A stretch of DNA of 58,809 bases from Octopus sinensis. Taxonomy: Eukaryota. Below are positions 38,594 to 51,419 of this stretch, piece by piece. Position numbers and translations under genes: made by a program. Below the pieces are notes generated by a model. The model worked only from the letters and a program-made list of their open reading frames with translations. It did no database searches and had not been told where the DNA came from. How positions within the stretch are numbered: position 1 is the stretch's first letter; each line of letters begins with the position of its first letter. Location of the stretch: contig NW_021834467.1 in assembly GCF_006345805.1 (NCBI RefSeq), forward strand, positions 1-58,809, written 5' to 3'.

Positions 38594-38799
38594 ACTACTG
38601 CTACTGCTACTATCATTACCACTACCATCTTCAATGTCATTGTCGTCATCTCCATCATCGTCACCATTGTCATCATCTTGAACGTTGTCATTATCGCCAG
38701 CTTCCTCATCATCATCATCATCATCGTACTATAATTACCAGCAGCAGCAGCAGCTTGATTGTCAACGGTGTCACATCATATTCATTACAGTCATCATCC
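38388..38799 (+). repeat. Dispersed duplicate, copy 2 (paralog of 34819-35082) with expanded internal simple repeats
   Basis: Begins GTGCGTGATGTTACCCCAT.CCGCTTATCGATGTAATGT.TAAGCGATTTGCAATTAATTACAACCG; offset 3569. Confidence 0.85.
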
Positions 38800-38831
<32 letters not shown>

Positions 38832-38941
38832 CATCATCATCGTCATTGTCGTCATCAGCATTATTTTCATCAGCTTCATCATTATCGTCATTATCGCCTT
38901 CGTCAACACCATCATCGTCATCATCATCGTCAGCGTCGTCG

Positions 38942-38976
<35 letters not shown>

Positions 38977-39230
38977 GTCATTGTCATCATCATCGTCATC
39001 AGCATTATTTTCATCAGCTTCATCATTATCGTCATTATCGCCTTCGTCAACACCACCATCGTCATCATCGTCATCATCATCATTATCATCATCATCATCG
39101 TCATTATCATCATCATCGTTGTCACCGTTGCAGTCATTATCGTCGCCGTCGTCATCATCACCATTAACACCGTTGTCATTATTATCCTCAATATTCTCCC
39201 CAATCACCATCATCGCCCTCCTCATCATCA
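38800..39230. repeat. Degenerate (CAT)n tract with a 144-bp internal duplication
   Basis: CAGCATTATTTTCATCAGCTTCATC occurs at 38856 and 39000. Confidence 0.88.
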
Positions 39231-39436
39231 TCGTGATCAGAGGTGCACATATCGTCAGCCACTAAGGGACATGCTCAACTTGTTAAGGTCAAACAACTGA
39301 CAAGCAAATCTGGTATTGAGCAGAATCTTTGCTGTAACCCTTCTTTTATACCAAGACTAAACAATGTACATGATAACACTTGCAATCAGTTAAGATCAGA
39401 AGCCATGAGAGCCACTGCCTGGTACTGCATCAGGGC
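39231..39436 (+). mobile_element. Family E truncated copy
   Basis: Ends GGTACTGCATCAGGGC+(ATT)n, as in the copies at 30992 and 50201. Confidence 0.85.
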
Positions 39437-39714
39437 ATTTATTATTATTATTATTATTATTATTATATGTTTGACTTTTGCTATATATTTGTACAAGTTG
39501 GCTCCAAGTCTCACCCAGAGACCTCAAGAGACAACAGGCTGGAAGTTCATGTTGTTGTTATGCCTAGTGTGCCATATATTTGGGGGCTTTTTTGGGTGTT
39601 GTACTAGTGATTGATTGATTGATTGATTCTAGCTTCAGCTCACGAGCTGTGGCCATGCTAGGGCACTAAAAAAAAAAAAAAGAAAGAAAAAAACGAAAAT
39701 AATGACAGCTGCAA

Positions 39715-39755
<41 letters not shown>

Positions 39756-39759
39756 ATTA

Positions 39760-40060
39760 AGGCAGCGAGCTGGTAGAATCGTGAGCACCGCGACCGAAGG
39801 GCTTCGCGGTATTTCGTCCGTCGGATTTAAAATGCCAGCGAGGCCGTCTTGCCCTTTCATCATTTCGAGTTCGATAAAAATAAATACCAGTTGAACACAG
39901 GGCTCGATGTAACCGATTTACCCCTCGCCCAAAATTTCATGCCTTGTACTTTTAGTAGAAAATACTGATCGATAAATTAAGTACCAGTGAAACACTGGAG
40001 TCAATGTAATCAACTATTCCTCTCCGCCAAATTTCAGGCCTTGTGCCTATAGTAGAAAGT
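39760..40060 (+). mobile_element. Family B SINE plus a second tail
   Basis: Head GGCAGCGAGCTGGTAGAATCG, body GCCCTTTCATCATTTCGAG, two 3' tails and (ATT)n. Confidence 0.8.
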
Positions 40061-40076
40061 ATTATTATTATTATTA

Positions 40077-40111
<35 letters not shown>

Positions 40112-40428
40112 TACTTTTAATCTGCATGTTTGTTACAGTCACTTGCCGAGACACACCTAGCCTTCCTCGAGCGAGTGAAGGATAAGAGCTATTGCAGTAT
40201 GACTGAAAGCTTGGAGGGTGGAGAGTAGCTGAAGCAGGAGCTAAATATTTTCATGCAATACAACACAACACATTTAAAAGGATGAAATTTTTCTAAGAAT
40301 GTGGGAATTACTTGTCAGCACAATCTTTTGTATTTCTCTGAGATATGGTTCTCCTGGGATCCTTATTTAAATGTTTTTAGCATCCGTTTTTTATCACACC
40401 TAGGGCATCCACAATAACAGGAACATTA

Positions 40429-40476
<48 letters not shown>

Positions 40477-40480
<4 letters not shown>

Positions 40481-40887
40481 ACACTTGATAATTTGAAGCG
40501 AATTTCTACTGAATCTCTTGCTATACTTCCGTGTTGCTGCGATGTGTGCAGCATTATATGTTCTTTTTTGTTGTTGTATTGTATCGGTTTTCTTCTCCGT
40601 TGAGGTGTGGTGCATTCTTTTGTTATATTACTGATTGTATAGAGAGTTGAGTGTGTAATGCGTTGGTTAATATGATTGCTGGTGGAAGTTTATTTTACTG
40701 GATAGTTACTGTATAGAGTGTCTTGTGTTTGTGGGTTATTTTGTTTAGGTTGTATTATTGAATTGATAGTGTCTTGTGTAGGATGTGTGCTGTTCCTAGC
40801 AGGGCTATTTTTAGATAGTATGTAGTGTTGAGGATCTAGATGTAGCTTATACGTTTTTGTTCATGTTTTTTATCATGCCCAATGCTC
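40477..40887 (-). mobile_element. Second, diverged Dong/R4-like subfamily 3' end with longer UTR
   Basis: The minus strand reads ALGMIKN...KIALLGTAHILHKTLSIQ* with stops, and ends GTGTTGAA+(TAA)n. Confidence 0.75.
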
Positions 40888-40925
40888 TAATTATTATTGA
40901 TATTATTAGAATAATTATTATTATT

Positions 40926-41292
40926 GAGTGAGAGAGTAGCACAATTTCATCAAAGTGACACTGGGGTAAAATATACGAAGTCCAGTATAACCATCGTGAC
41001 TACCCGTCTGATAAGGGTACACCAGGCACATGCATCACAAACATATGTGCGTGGCTTGGTGATCTCATATCAAGATAAACAGCGCATGCCCTTGCAGGAG
41101 GGGCCCAGTTAGAATTTTCTTCAGGTCGTATAGCCCGTCCGGCTCAAAAGGTCCCTGAATAAGGGTTGTTTAAGGATGCTGAACGATACACCTATGTTTC
41201 CAAAGGAGAATCATTCAAACCCCAAAGAATTCCTGTCAACACATGGCTATGATGCTCCCCCACTACTTCTGCATGTGATCAGAGATGCACAT
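40926..41292 (+). mobile_element. Family E 5' part
   Basis: Starts GAGTGAGAGAG after (TTA)n, at the same point as the full copy end at 50755. Confidence 0.85.
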
Positions 41293-41503
41293 AAGTGTCA
41301 ATCAAATTAGTACCTGTCGAATACAGGGGCCAATGTATTCGACTTGCTCCCCAACCCTACAAACAAATGAAAATTGCTGGATTTTCGTGTCAAAATTTGA
41401 AAAAGAATTTTTCTTATTCTTTCATTATATGTAAACCCCAACATTTTATGTTTGCTTTTGCATTGTCCTGTTGGTGGAAAATAAATGAAATCATTATAAT
41501 CAT

Positions 41504-42262
41504 TAAGATAGCGAGCTGGCAGAATCGGTAGCACGCTGGGCAAAATGATTAACGGTATTTCGTCCATCTTTACGATCTGAGTTCAAATTTCGCCGAGGTC
41601 GACTTTGCCTTTCATCCTTTCGGGGTCGATAAGTTAAGTACCAGTTACGCCCTGGGGTCGATGTAATCAACTTAATACCTATGTCTGTCCTTGTTTGTCC
41701 CCTCTGTATTTAGCCCCTTGTGGGTAGTAAAGAAATAGGTATTGTGTCCATCTTTACGATCTGAGTTCAAATTCCGCCGAGGTCGACTTTGCCTTTCATC
41801 CTTTCGGGGTCGATAAATTAAGTACCAGTTACGCACTAGGGTCGATATAATCGACTTAATCCGTCTGTCTGTCCTTGTTTGTCTCCTCTGTGTTTAGCCC
41901 CTTGTGGGTAGTAAAGAAATAGGTATTGTGTCCATCTTTATGATCTGAGTTCAAATTCCGCCGAGGTCGACTCTGCCTTTCATCCTTTCGGGCCCGATAA
42001 AATAAGTACCAATTACGCACTGGGGTCTTAATCCGTTTGTCTGTCCTTGTTTGTCCTCTCTGTGTTTAGCCCCTTGTGGGTAGTAAAGAAATAGGTATTG
42101 TGTCCATCTTTACGATCTGAGTTCAAATTTCGCCGAGGTCGACTCTGCCTTTCATCCTTTCGGGGCCGATAAAAATAAGTACCAGTCGAACACCGGGGTC
42201 GATGTAATCGACTTAACCCCTCCCCCAAAACTGCTGCCCTTGTGCCAAAATTTGAAATCCTT
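41504..42262 (+). mobile_element. Family B SINE with four body units (periods 184, 184, 172)
   Basis: ATCTGAGTTCAAAT occurs at 41575, 41759, 41943 and 42115; one head and one terminal tail. Confidence 0.92.
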
Positions 42263-43707
42263 ATTATTGTTATTTTTTTTCTTCTTTCAAATTTGCTTCC
42301 ATTTCTTGCCGAGTGTCTTCCCGACTCCTAGGGCAAAGAAACTCATAGTATACATTGGTAGGCCATTAAACCAAACTCAATAGTTCGTTAATTTTTTTTT
42401 TTCTTTTTTAAGGTTAAATTAAAATTATTATCATTATTATTATTATTGTTGTTGTTGTTGTTGTTGTTGTTTTTATTGTTTTCACCATCATCTTGATACA
42501 CCGTGATCATCCTCATCGTTATCATCATCAGTACCATAACCCCTACTATCGCCATCGATATTATCTTCATTACCGTTAATGTCGTCGCCACTTACATCAT
42601 CATATTCATCATCATTAACGTCATCATCATCATCATCCTCATCATCATTATCAAATTCAAACATCAGAACAATCTCATTCGTCATAATTTCCTCTGACAT
42701 CACTTTCGACATATTTATCTTCATTAACATCAGCCTTTCGCGATGACGCTGACAACTAACTTTGTATTTGCATAAGCATCTTTATCCCATGCGATGACAG
42801 TGACACCTACCTCAGTTTTATAACATTTTTTGTTATAATGATGACGATGGCACTCATGCTCGCCGATATCTTTGTCCCAAGTGATGACGCTGACGCCTGC
42901 TCTTGTATAACAACGATTTTATTTGCCACTTTTCGAAGTACTTTTAAAGTAATTAGATTTTCATTGTTCTAACAATGTCGCCTTTCATTGGCTAATATCT
43001 CAGTTGTTTTGTTTCTGTTGAACGATTTTATTACTATATCCGTTTCTTCTCTACTTGTTAGTCTGTATTGTTATGCATTACCTCTCTAAATATCCTTTTT
43101 CTGCTCTTGCGTTCTTCCCAATTGTTGCACTCACATCTCTTTTCCATTAATCACTTTTTACTTCAAAGAAAAATGCCTTGGCCGCATCAAAGTTTCACTT
43201 TTGTTAATTAGTCAGCATAATATAACAGCCAATAATAAAACATTACTAGATATTTGTCCTGCTTATTATTCAAACCAGTATTCAAAAATAAATCTTTTAT
43301 GTCCACTTTCCCGTGGAAGATACATATATTGTAATTTTCTACGATGCACATAAGGCATCGTGTGGATAAATTGTAGTTTTCCGCGATGCACATGAGGCAT
43401 GGTTTTGGAAAGTTTTACTTATTATATACCACTGTCTTTTTTTAATCATCAGTGTTTATATATACACAAAATTAAGAGGAATAACCACATAGACGTCAAA
43501 TCGCCATTACCACGAAGAATGCATTCGCGAGAAAAGAAAAATCTCAGCAAAACGCCAAAATGTCAAAATGAGTAAGACAAATGAAAACAAACGAAATAAA
43601 AACGATTTTGTACGTAACACAATTTTTAGTCTTCGGATTTTTAAATATGCTAAGCCACTGGTTTTAATTAATTAACATAAATTTCTACCCTTATTATTTA
43701 ATGTTAT

Positions 43708-44123
43708 ATATAGGCGCAGGAGTGGCTGTGTGGTAAGTAGCTTGTTTACCAACCACATTGTTCCCGGTTCAGTCCAACTACGTGGCATTTTGGGCAAGTG
43801 TCTTCTGCTATAGCCTCGGGTCGACCAAAGCCTTGTGAGTGGATTTGGTAGACGGAAACTGAAATAAGCCTGTCGTATATATGTATATATATATATATGT
43901 ATATGTATGTGTGTGTATATGTTTGTGTGTCTGTGATTGTCCCTCTAGCATTGCTTGTGTTTACGTCCCCGTCACTTAGCGGTTCGGCAAAACAGACCGA
44001 TAGAATAAGAACTGGGCTTACAAAGAATAAGTCCCGGGGTCGAGTCATTTAACTGCGGCCATGCTCGACTAAAAGCGGTGCTCTAGCATGGCCGCAGTCA
44101 AATGACTGAAACAAGTAAAAGAG

Positions 44124-44125
<2 letters not shown>
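43708..44125 (+). mobile_element. Full-length family A SINE with a fold-back insertion in its tail
   Basis: Head ATAGGCGCAGGAGTGGCTGTGTGG; tail ends AAGTAAAAGAG; inverted duplication 44043-44065 / 44085-44107. Confidence 0.9.
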
Positions 44126-44170
<45 letters not shown>

Positions 44171-44257
44171 TGTATGTGTATATATATATATATATATAAT
44201 ATGTATATATATATGTATGTGTATATATATATATATATGTATATATATATGTATGTG

Positions 44258-44290
<33 letters not shown>

Positions 44291-44359
44291 GTATATATAT
44301 ATATATTGTATATATATATATATGTATATATATATGTATGTGTAATATATATAATATAT

Positions 44360-44399
<40 letters not shown>

Positions 44400-44469
44400 A
44401 TATATATATGTATGTGTATATATATATATATGTATGTGTATATGTATGTGTATATATATATTATGTATG

Positions 44470-44504
<35 letters not shown>

Positions 44505-44764
44505 GTATATATAATATATATATGTATGTGTATATATATATATATATGTATTGTATAATATATATATATGTATTGTTATATATTTATATATATATATATA
44601 ATTATATATATATATGTATGTGTGTATATTATATATGTATGTGTATATATATATGTGTATATATATATAATATGTATGTGTATATATATATATATATATG
44701 TATGTGTATATATATATGTATGTGTATATATATATATATATATAATGTATTGTATATATATATG

Positions 44765-44809
<45 letters not shown>

Positions 44810-45045
44810 ATATATATAATATGTATGGGTATATATATATATACATACACATATACATTATATATATACATATATATATATAGTTGCATACATATATTTA
44901 TTATATAATATGCACACACACACATACACACACATATATATATATATATATGTATGTATATATTTATATATCCATCCATATATATATATTTACGTACACA
45001 CACACACATATGTATATATATATGTGTATATATACATATATATTG
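44126..45045. repeat. (TA)n-TGTATGTG compound microsatellite/minisatellite
   Basis: Direct inspection. Confidence 0.95.
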
Positions 45046-48000
45046 ACCTCCAGACTTTCCACTCACTAACTCTAGCGCCTCCACCATCATCCCCGCAGTC
45101 ACCATCAAAAGTGCTATCATCACTCCCATCACGACCACTACACCATCACCACCAACCCACCCACCCCCAATTTTAACGACCACCACCACCACCACCAGTA
45201 CCTTCAATACCAACAACACCAGCAAAACAAGAATAAACAAACCTCCACCATCCACCACCACCACCACCACCACCACACCACCATCACCGCCACTACCACC
45301 ACCATCCACGCACGCCCTCTCTACACCATCCTGCTGACATTTATTCAATTATGTTTGTCCTTCCTAGTCAGAATCAAGTCAGTGATTTCATCCCCGACAA
45401 TTGATGACTTTTTCTCTTTCGTTCCTCTCCACCCACCCAACCCTCCAACCCCACACACACCCCGCTCTCCTCTTCATTCATTTATCATCGATTGTTTCTC
45501 ATTGTTTTATTTACCATCCTCTTCATCATCATCGTCAACATCATCATTAACATTATCGGCTGCACAGCGCAGAAATAGCAACATCGACGCCATCTTCTTT
45601 TAGTTCGCTTAGTCGCCGCCGTCGTCGTCGTCGCTGCCTACGTCAACAAGCAACGTTTGCAGAAGTGGCTTTCAATTGCGTTTTTAAAGTGGTGGGTTTA
45701 CAAAGGTTATCTCCCTTAATTCTGACTCTCTTAATTTAATAGCCATTGTGTCAGAAAACGCGTCACAACTGGCAGACATTTTGATTTTGCATGCCTTTCA
45801 TATACAACATATATATTATACATATATATATATATATTATATTATATATATAATATATATATTATACATATATATATATAAGGGATAAATAAGAGGCAGC
45901 ATTCGCATACACAAACATATATATATATAAATATATGGAACGGGGAGAGACAGTGGGGAAGAGCAAACGGTAGGGGAAGTGAAATACTGTGAAAACATAA
46001 TGGGTCAGCTTTCAAATATATTTGAAGTGGCTATGTTCATATCAATCATTGTATGTCTCTCCCATTCGCTCTCTTTTTGGCTCTCTCTCTCTCTCTTCCT
46101 CCCTCTCTCTCTCTCTTTCTCTCTCTCTCGTTCACACACATACACACACGGACACACACACAGACTCACTCATCTCCTGTCTGAGTGCCTCTGTATGAAT
46201 ATGAGTTATGTGTTGCCCCTATCTTAATGTTTCTTCGTTGAGTGGAGTGGAGTCCTCTGAATGTTAATGGTCTCTACTTTTCTGACAGTCATATTTCTCA
46301 TTCTCACACACACACTCCATCTCACTCTCTCGCTCACACGCATGCACATACACATATACGCACATACACACACACATACACACTTGCATACACACTCCTT
46401 CTCTGTCTCTCTCTCTCTCTCTCACACACACACACCAGCGCGCGCGCACATACATATATATATTTATATACAGAGAGCGAGTAAACAGAAATTTCGAAGT
46501 TCCTGTCAAACATGTCCTGGTAAAACTTCGTAAACACTCAATATGAGCTCCTCTAAATAGAATTCAGTAATCCTTCAGTTGATTACTCACTCTCTCACTC
46601 TCACTCTCTCTTTCTCCCTCTCTCTTTCCATCTCTATCTCGCCTTCTCTCCCCCTCCCCCTCTCTTTCTGTCTCTCTCTCTCTCTCTTCATACTTCATGA
46701 TGATTCAGACATTTGTGTGTGTTATATAATATATATATATATATAATATATATATATGAAAAGACAAGTCAAGATAGAAAATGCTAAAATAATTTTATAA
46801 AGAACATTTCAGTACCGGTTTCAGTCATCATTTGAGACCTTTCAACTGTAACGATTAAATAATTAGATTTAGAAAAATTAAAAGAAAGTTTTTTTAAAAG
46901 AATATTTGTATAGTGTTCAAATATAAGTGGCATTTTCCTTGTTTCTGCCTTTCTCTGTCACTCTTGTTTACACTTGTATATCTCATTGCTATTGTGTAGT
47001 GTTTTAATAAAGTATATGATTCGGTATTATCTGATAGTTGATGATTGATTTAGATATATTTCTCCATTTTCTCATTTTGTATATATATATATATATATGT
47101 AAACAGTAAAAATAATTACAGACATGGACAAGAACATGAAACACCAAAGAGACGACACAAGAACCACAGGAACGGGACATTCGAAGCCCTCAGTCATCAG
47201 CAAGAACCAGATTCCTTAGCAATTCGGCTGATTAATCTTGATGATATATATAATATATGTATGTATGTAAAGGGCCCAGTTGTGGTCCTTTTTAAGAAAG
47301 CTTTGTTTTCCCAGCCACATGGTTCCGCATTCAGTCTCATTGTGTAGCGTCTTGAGCAAGAATCTTCTACTCTAGTCTTTTGCGTGGAATCGTTAGACGG
47401 AAACTAAAAGAAACTCGTCGTATATATAAGTATGTGTGCGTGTGTACCTTTGTCTCTGTTTTATTTCACAACACCGCTTGGCAACCGGTCTTGGAATGCA
47501 TACATCTCGATTTTTCTAGCGGTTCGACAAACGAAACCGATAGAATAAGTCCTAGGTTTAAAACAAATACGACCAACTCCACTATTATTGCCATCACCAT
47601 CACCACCACCACCACCACCACCATCGCCACCACCACCACCATAGCCATCACCACCATCACCATCACCATCACCACAACCATCAACATCATGACTTCCACA
47701 TATAGTAGTGCTTGGTAAAAACACTACTCTCACCACCACCAAAACCGCTACCACCCCCACCACTAACACACAGTAACAACTACAACCATCACTACCACCA
47801 CTATACATCGGTTATACCATCGTCACCACCATCATCCGGCATTCACAACCACCACCATCACCTCCACCACAAGCCGATAACAACCATTACCATCACTACC
47901 ACTGCCAACACCACCACTACCAATACCTCCACCACCACCACCATCACCATCACGACTACCACCTACACAATCCAGTAACACCCACTACCAGCACCAATAG

Positions 48001-48174
48001 TACTACCACTACCACCCATCGACAGCATCACCACCACCACTACCACCACCACCACCACCATCACCGTCAGTTCACCTGGAACAATTAAAAACATCAAAAG
48101 CGACAGCCGACAAGTTTTGAAGATAGAAACGTCACCCCCCACTTCCAACACACACACACTCTCTCTCTCTCTCT

Positions 48175-48248
<74 letters not shown>

Positions 48249-48710
48249 TAAATTTAGACAAATGGTGTAAAACAGCTGGTCAATACGTCGAGAATATTTT
48301 CAACATCTGCTAAAAGTCAGTGGAAAATTCTGGGTATTAAAAGAGTATTATCAGGGTAGATAAAGGGTAGACAAAATATTTTGCGATTCTGTTCTGATAC
48401 GGATCCGAATATAAGCAATGTCACCTTCTCGTTTTCGGTTAAATAATAGTTACTCTTAGATATTTTAGTAAGTGACCTTAACTGTTATCGGTAAATGTAC
48501 ACAGGTGTCGAAGTACCGGACTGAGATGGCGGGAGAAACTCGTTGTTGCGGGGTTGATAGAGAAGAAGAGAAGGGAAGAAGAGGAAGCAAAGTCTTGAAG
48601 GAAGAGGATGAAAATGAAACTTCAAAGAAGCTAGAGAGCTTAATAATAATAATAATAATAATAGTAAAAATATTAATAATGATAATAATAATAATGATAA
48701 TAATAATGAT

Positions 48711-48745
<35 letters not shown>

Positions 48746-48876
48746 TAAAGATAATAATAATAATAATAATAATGATAATAATAATAATAATTTTAATAAT
48801 AATAATTTTAATAATGATAATGATAATGATAATAATAATTTTAATTTTAATAATAATAATAATAATGATGATAATG

Positions 48877-48907
<31 letters not shown>

Positions 48908-48924
48908 TTTTAATAATAATAATA

Positions 48925-49520
48925 ATAAGGAGTGGCTGTGGTAAGTAGCTTTGTTTACCAACCACATGGTCCCGGGTTCAGTCCCACTGCGTGGGTACTG
49001 GGCAAGTGTCTTCTACTATAGCCTCGGCCGACCAAGCCTTGTGAGTGGATTTGGCAGACGGAAACTGAAAGAAGCCCGTCGTATATATGTATATATATGC
49101 GTTGTGTTGTTTGTGTGTCTGTGTTTTTCCCCCTAGCATTGCATGACAACCGATGCTGGTGTGTTTATGTCCCGGTTACCTAGCGGTTCGGCAAAGAGAC
49201 CGATAGAATAAGTACTGGGCTTACAAAAGAATAAGACCTCGGCGGAATTTGAACTCAGAACGTAGCGGCAGAGGAATACCTATTTCTATTTCTTTACTAC
49301 CCACAAGGGGCTAAACACAGAGGGGACAAACAAGGACAGTCAAAAGGATTAAGTCGATTACATCGACCCCAGTGCGTAACTGGTACTTAATTTATCGACC
49401 CCGAAAGGATGAAAGGCAAAGTCGACCTCGGCGGAATTTGAACTCAGAACGTAACGGCAGACGAAATACCACTAAGCATTTCGCCCGACGCGCTAACGTT
49501 TCTGCCACCTCGCCGTCATA
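48925..49520. mobile_element. Family A SINE (+, 48925-49235) joined to a family B dimer (-, 49236-49520)
   Basis: Junction CTTACAAAAGAATAAG|ACCTCGGCGGAATTTG; B anchors at 49251 and 49440. Confidence 0.85.
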
Positions 49521-49764
49521 ATAATAGTGATAACAATGATGATGATGATGATGATTTCTGTTATTAGCCATAAGGGGTTCAAGGCACAGCGGAGAATATC
49601 AAAGGACGAGATACAACTCATAAACCCCAAAAAGATAGTTGTTCACATGGATCAAGGAGAGACACTACAACATTAAACGATATAACAAAAGGATATATAA
49701 ATAGAAATTAGAAAGATAATTAATTATGTAATTAATCAATTAATTAATTAATAATAATGATTTC

Positions 49765-50180
49765 AAATTCTGGCAGAAGATCAGGATGTTCAGGGGAGAA
49801 GGTAATTCGATTACATTGTCCCCCAGAGCTCAACTGGTAATTAGTTTATCGACCCTGAACAGATTAAAGGTGAGGTCGACCTCGCTGGTATTCGAACTCA
49901 GAATGTAAGGACAGACGAAATGCCGCTAAGCATTTTGCCCGGCGTGCTAACCATTTTGCCAGCTCACTGCCTTAATAATAACAGCACCACCACCAATAAC
50001 AACAACAACACCTAATAATAATAATAATAATAACCCTTACTACTATAGATACTAAGCTTGAAATTTGAGGGACATGAGGATGAGTCGATGACATCGACCC
50101 CAGTACGCAGCTGGTACTTAATTTATCGACCCCGAAACGATGAAAGGCAAAGTCGACCTCGGCAGAATTTGAACTCAGTA
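49765..50180 (-). mobile_element. Two family B SINE copies
   Basis: GTCGACCTCG...GAACTCAG at ~49875 and ~50150; head ending GCCAGCTCACTGCCTT at ~49972. Confidence 0.8.
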
Positions 50181-50200
50181 ACTGAAATACAACAAGAAAT

Positions 50201-50755
50201 GCCCTGATGCAGTACCAGGCAGTGGCTCTCATGGCTTCTGATCTTAACTGATTGGAAGTGTTATCATGTACATTGTTTTGTCTTGGTATAAAAGATGGGC
50301 TACAGCAAATATTCTGCTCAATACCACAGATTTGCTTGTCAGTTGTTTGACCTTAACCAGTTGAGAATGTCACTTAATGGCTGACGATGTGTGCATCTCT
50401 GATCACTAGCAGAAGTAGTGGGGGAGCATCAAAGCCATGGGTTTAGAGGAATTCTTCGGGGTTTGGACAATCTACCTTTGGAAACATGGGTGTCTCGTTC
50501 AACACCATTAAACAACCCTTATTCAGGGACCTTTTAAGCGGGATGGACTACCCGACCCGAAGAAAATTCTAACTGGGCCCCACCTGCAAGGTCTTGTGCT
50601 GTTTATCTTGATATGCGATCACAATGTCGTGCACATATGGTTGTGATGCATGTGCCTGGTGTACCCTTATCAGACGGGTAGTCATGATGGGTATACTGGG
50701 CTTCGTATATTTGTACCCCAGTGTCACTTTGATGGCATGCACTGCTCTCTCACTC
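50201..50755 (-). mobile_element. Family E, apparently full length (~555 bp), no tRNA head
   Basis: Covers both ends seen in the other three copies. No A/B boxes or ORF recognised. Bounded by AAT repeats at 50756. Confidence 0.8.
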
Positions 50756-50924
50756 AATAATAATAATTATCACTTTATCTTATCCACAGGGGTATCAGAT
50801 AAGGAAAGACATTGCAAGGAGAGTTTACAATTTGTTTGGGTGTTTACATAACAAAAGGAAGAAAAGGGTACGAGGGGGGGAAAGAGATAAAAATATCGAT
50901 AGTGTACTAAATATGTGAACTCGT

Positions 50925-51095
50925 GGGTGCAGGCGTGTTTGTGTTGCTAAGAAGGTTGCTTCTCAATCGCATGGTTCTGGGTTCAGTTCCACTGCTTCGC
51001 GCCTTGGGCAAGTGTCTTCTACTGTAGCCTTAGGGTGACCAAAGTTTTGTGAATGGATTTGGTAGACGGAAACTGAAAGAAGCCCATCATATATG

Positions 51096-51128
<33 letters not shown>

Positions 51129-51345
51129 CCTTCTGTCTGTGTTTGTCCCCCACTACTGCTTCATAACCGTTGTTGGTGTGTTTACGTCACCGCAAATTAA
51201 CGGTTTGACAAAAGCGATCAAAAAATAAGTTACAGACTTTGAAAAAAAAATAAGTGCTAGGGTCGATTCATTCGACAGAAAAGTTCTGCAGGGTAGTGCT
51301 CCAGCATGGCCGCAGTCTAATGACTGAAACAAATAAAAAGAATTT
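50925..51345 (+). mobile_element. Family A SINE (diverged)
   Basis: GGTTCTGGGTTCAGTTCC...GCCTTGGGCAAGTGTCTTCTAC...CAGCATGGCCGCAGTCTAATGACTGAAAC. Confidence 0.85.
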
Positions 51346-51419
51346 TTAAAAAGATAAAAGATATAAAAGAAGAATCTTTAAAAGATAAAAAGAGATTTAA
51401 AAAATACGTTTATGATGCT

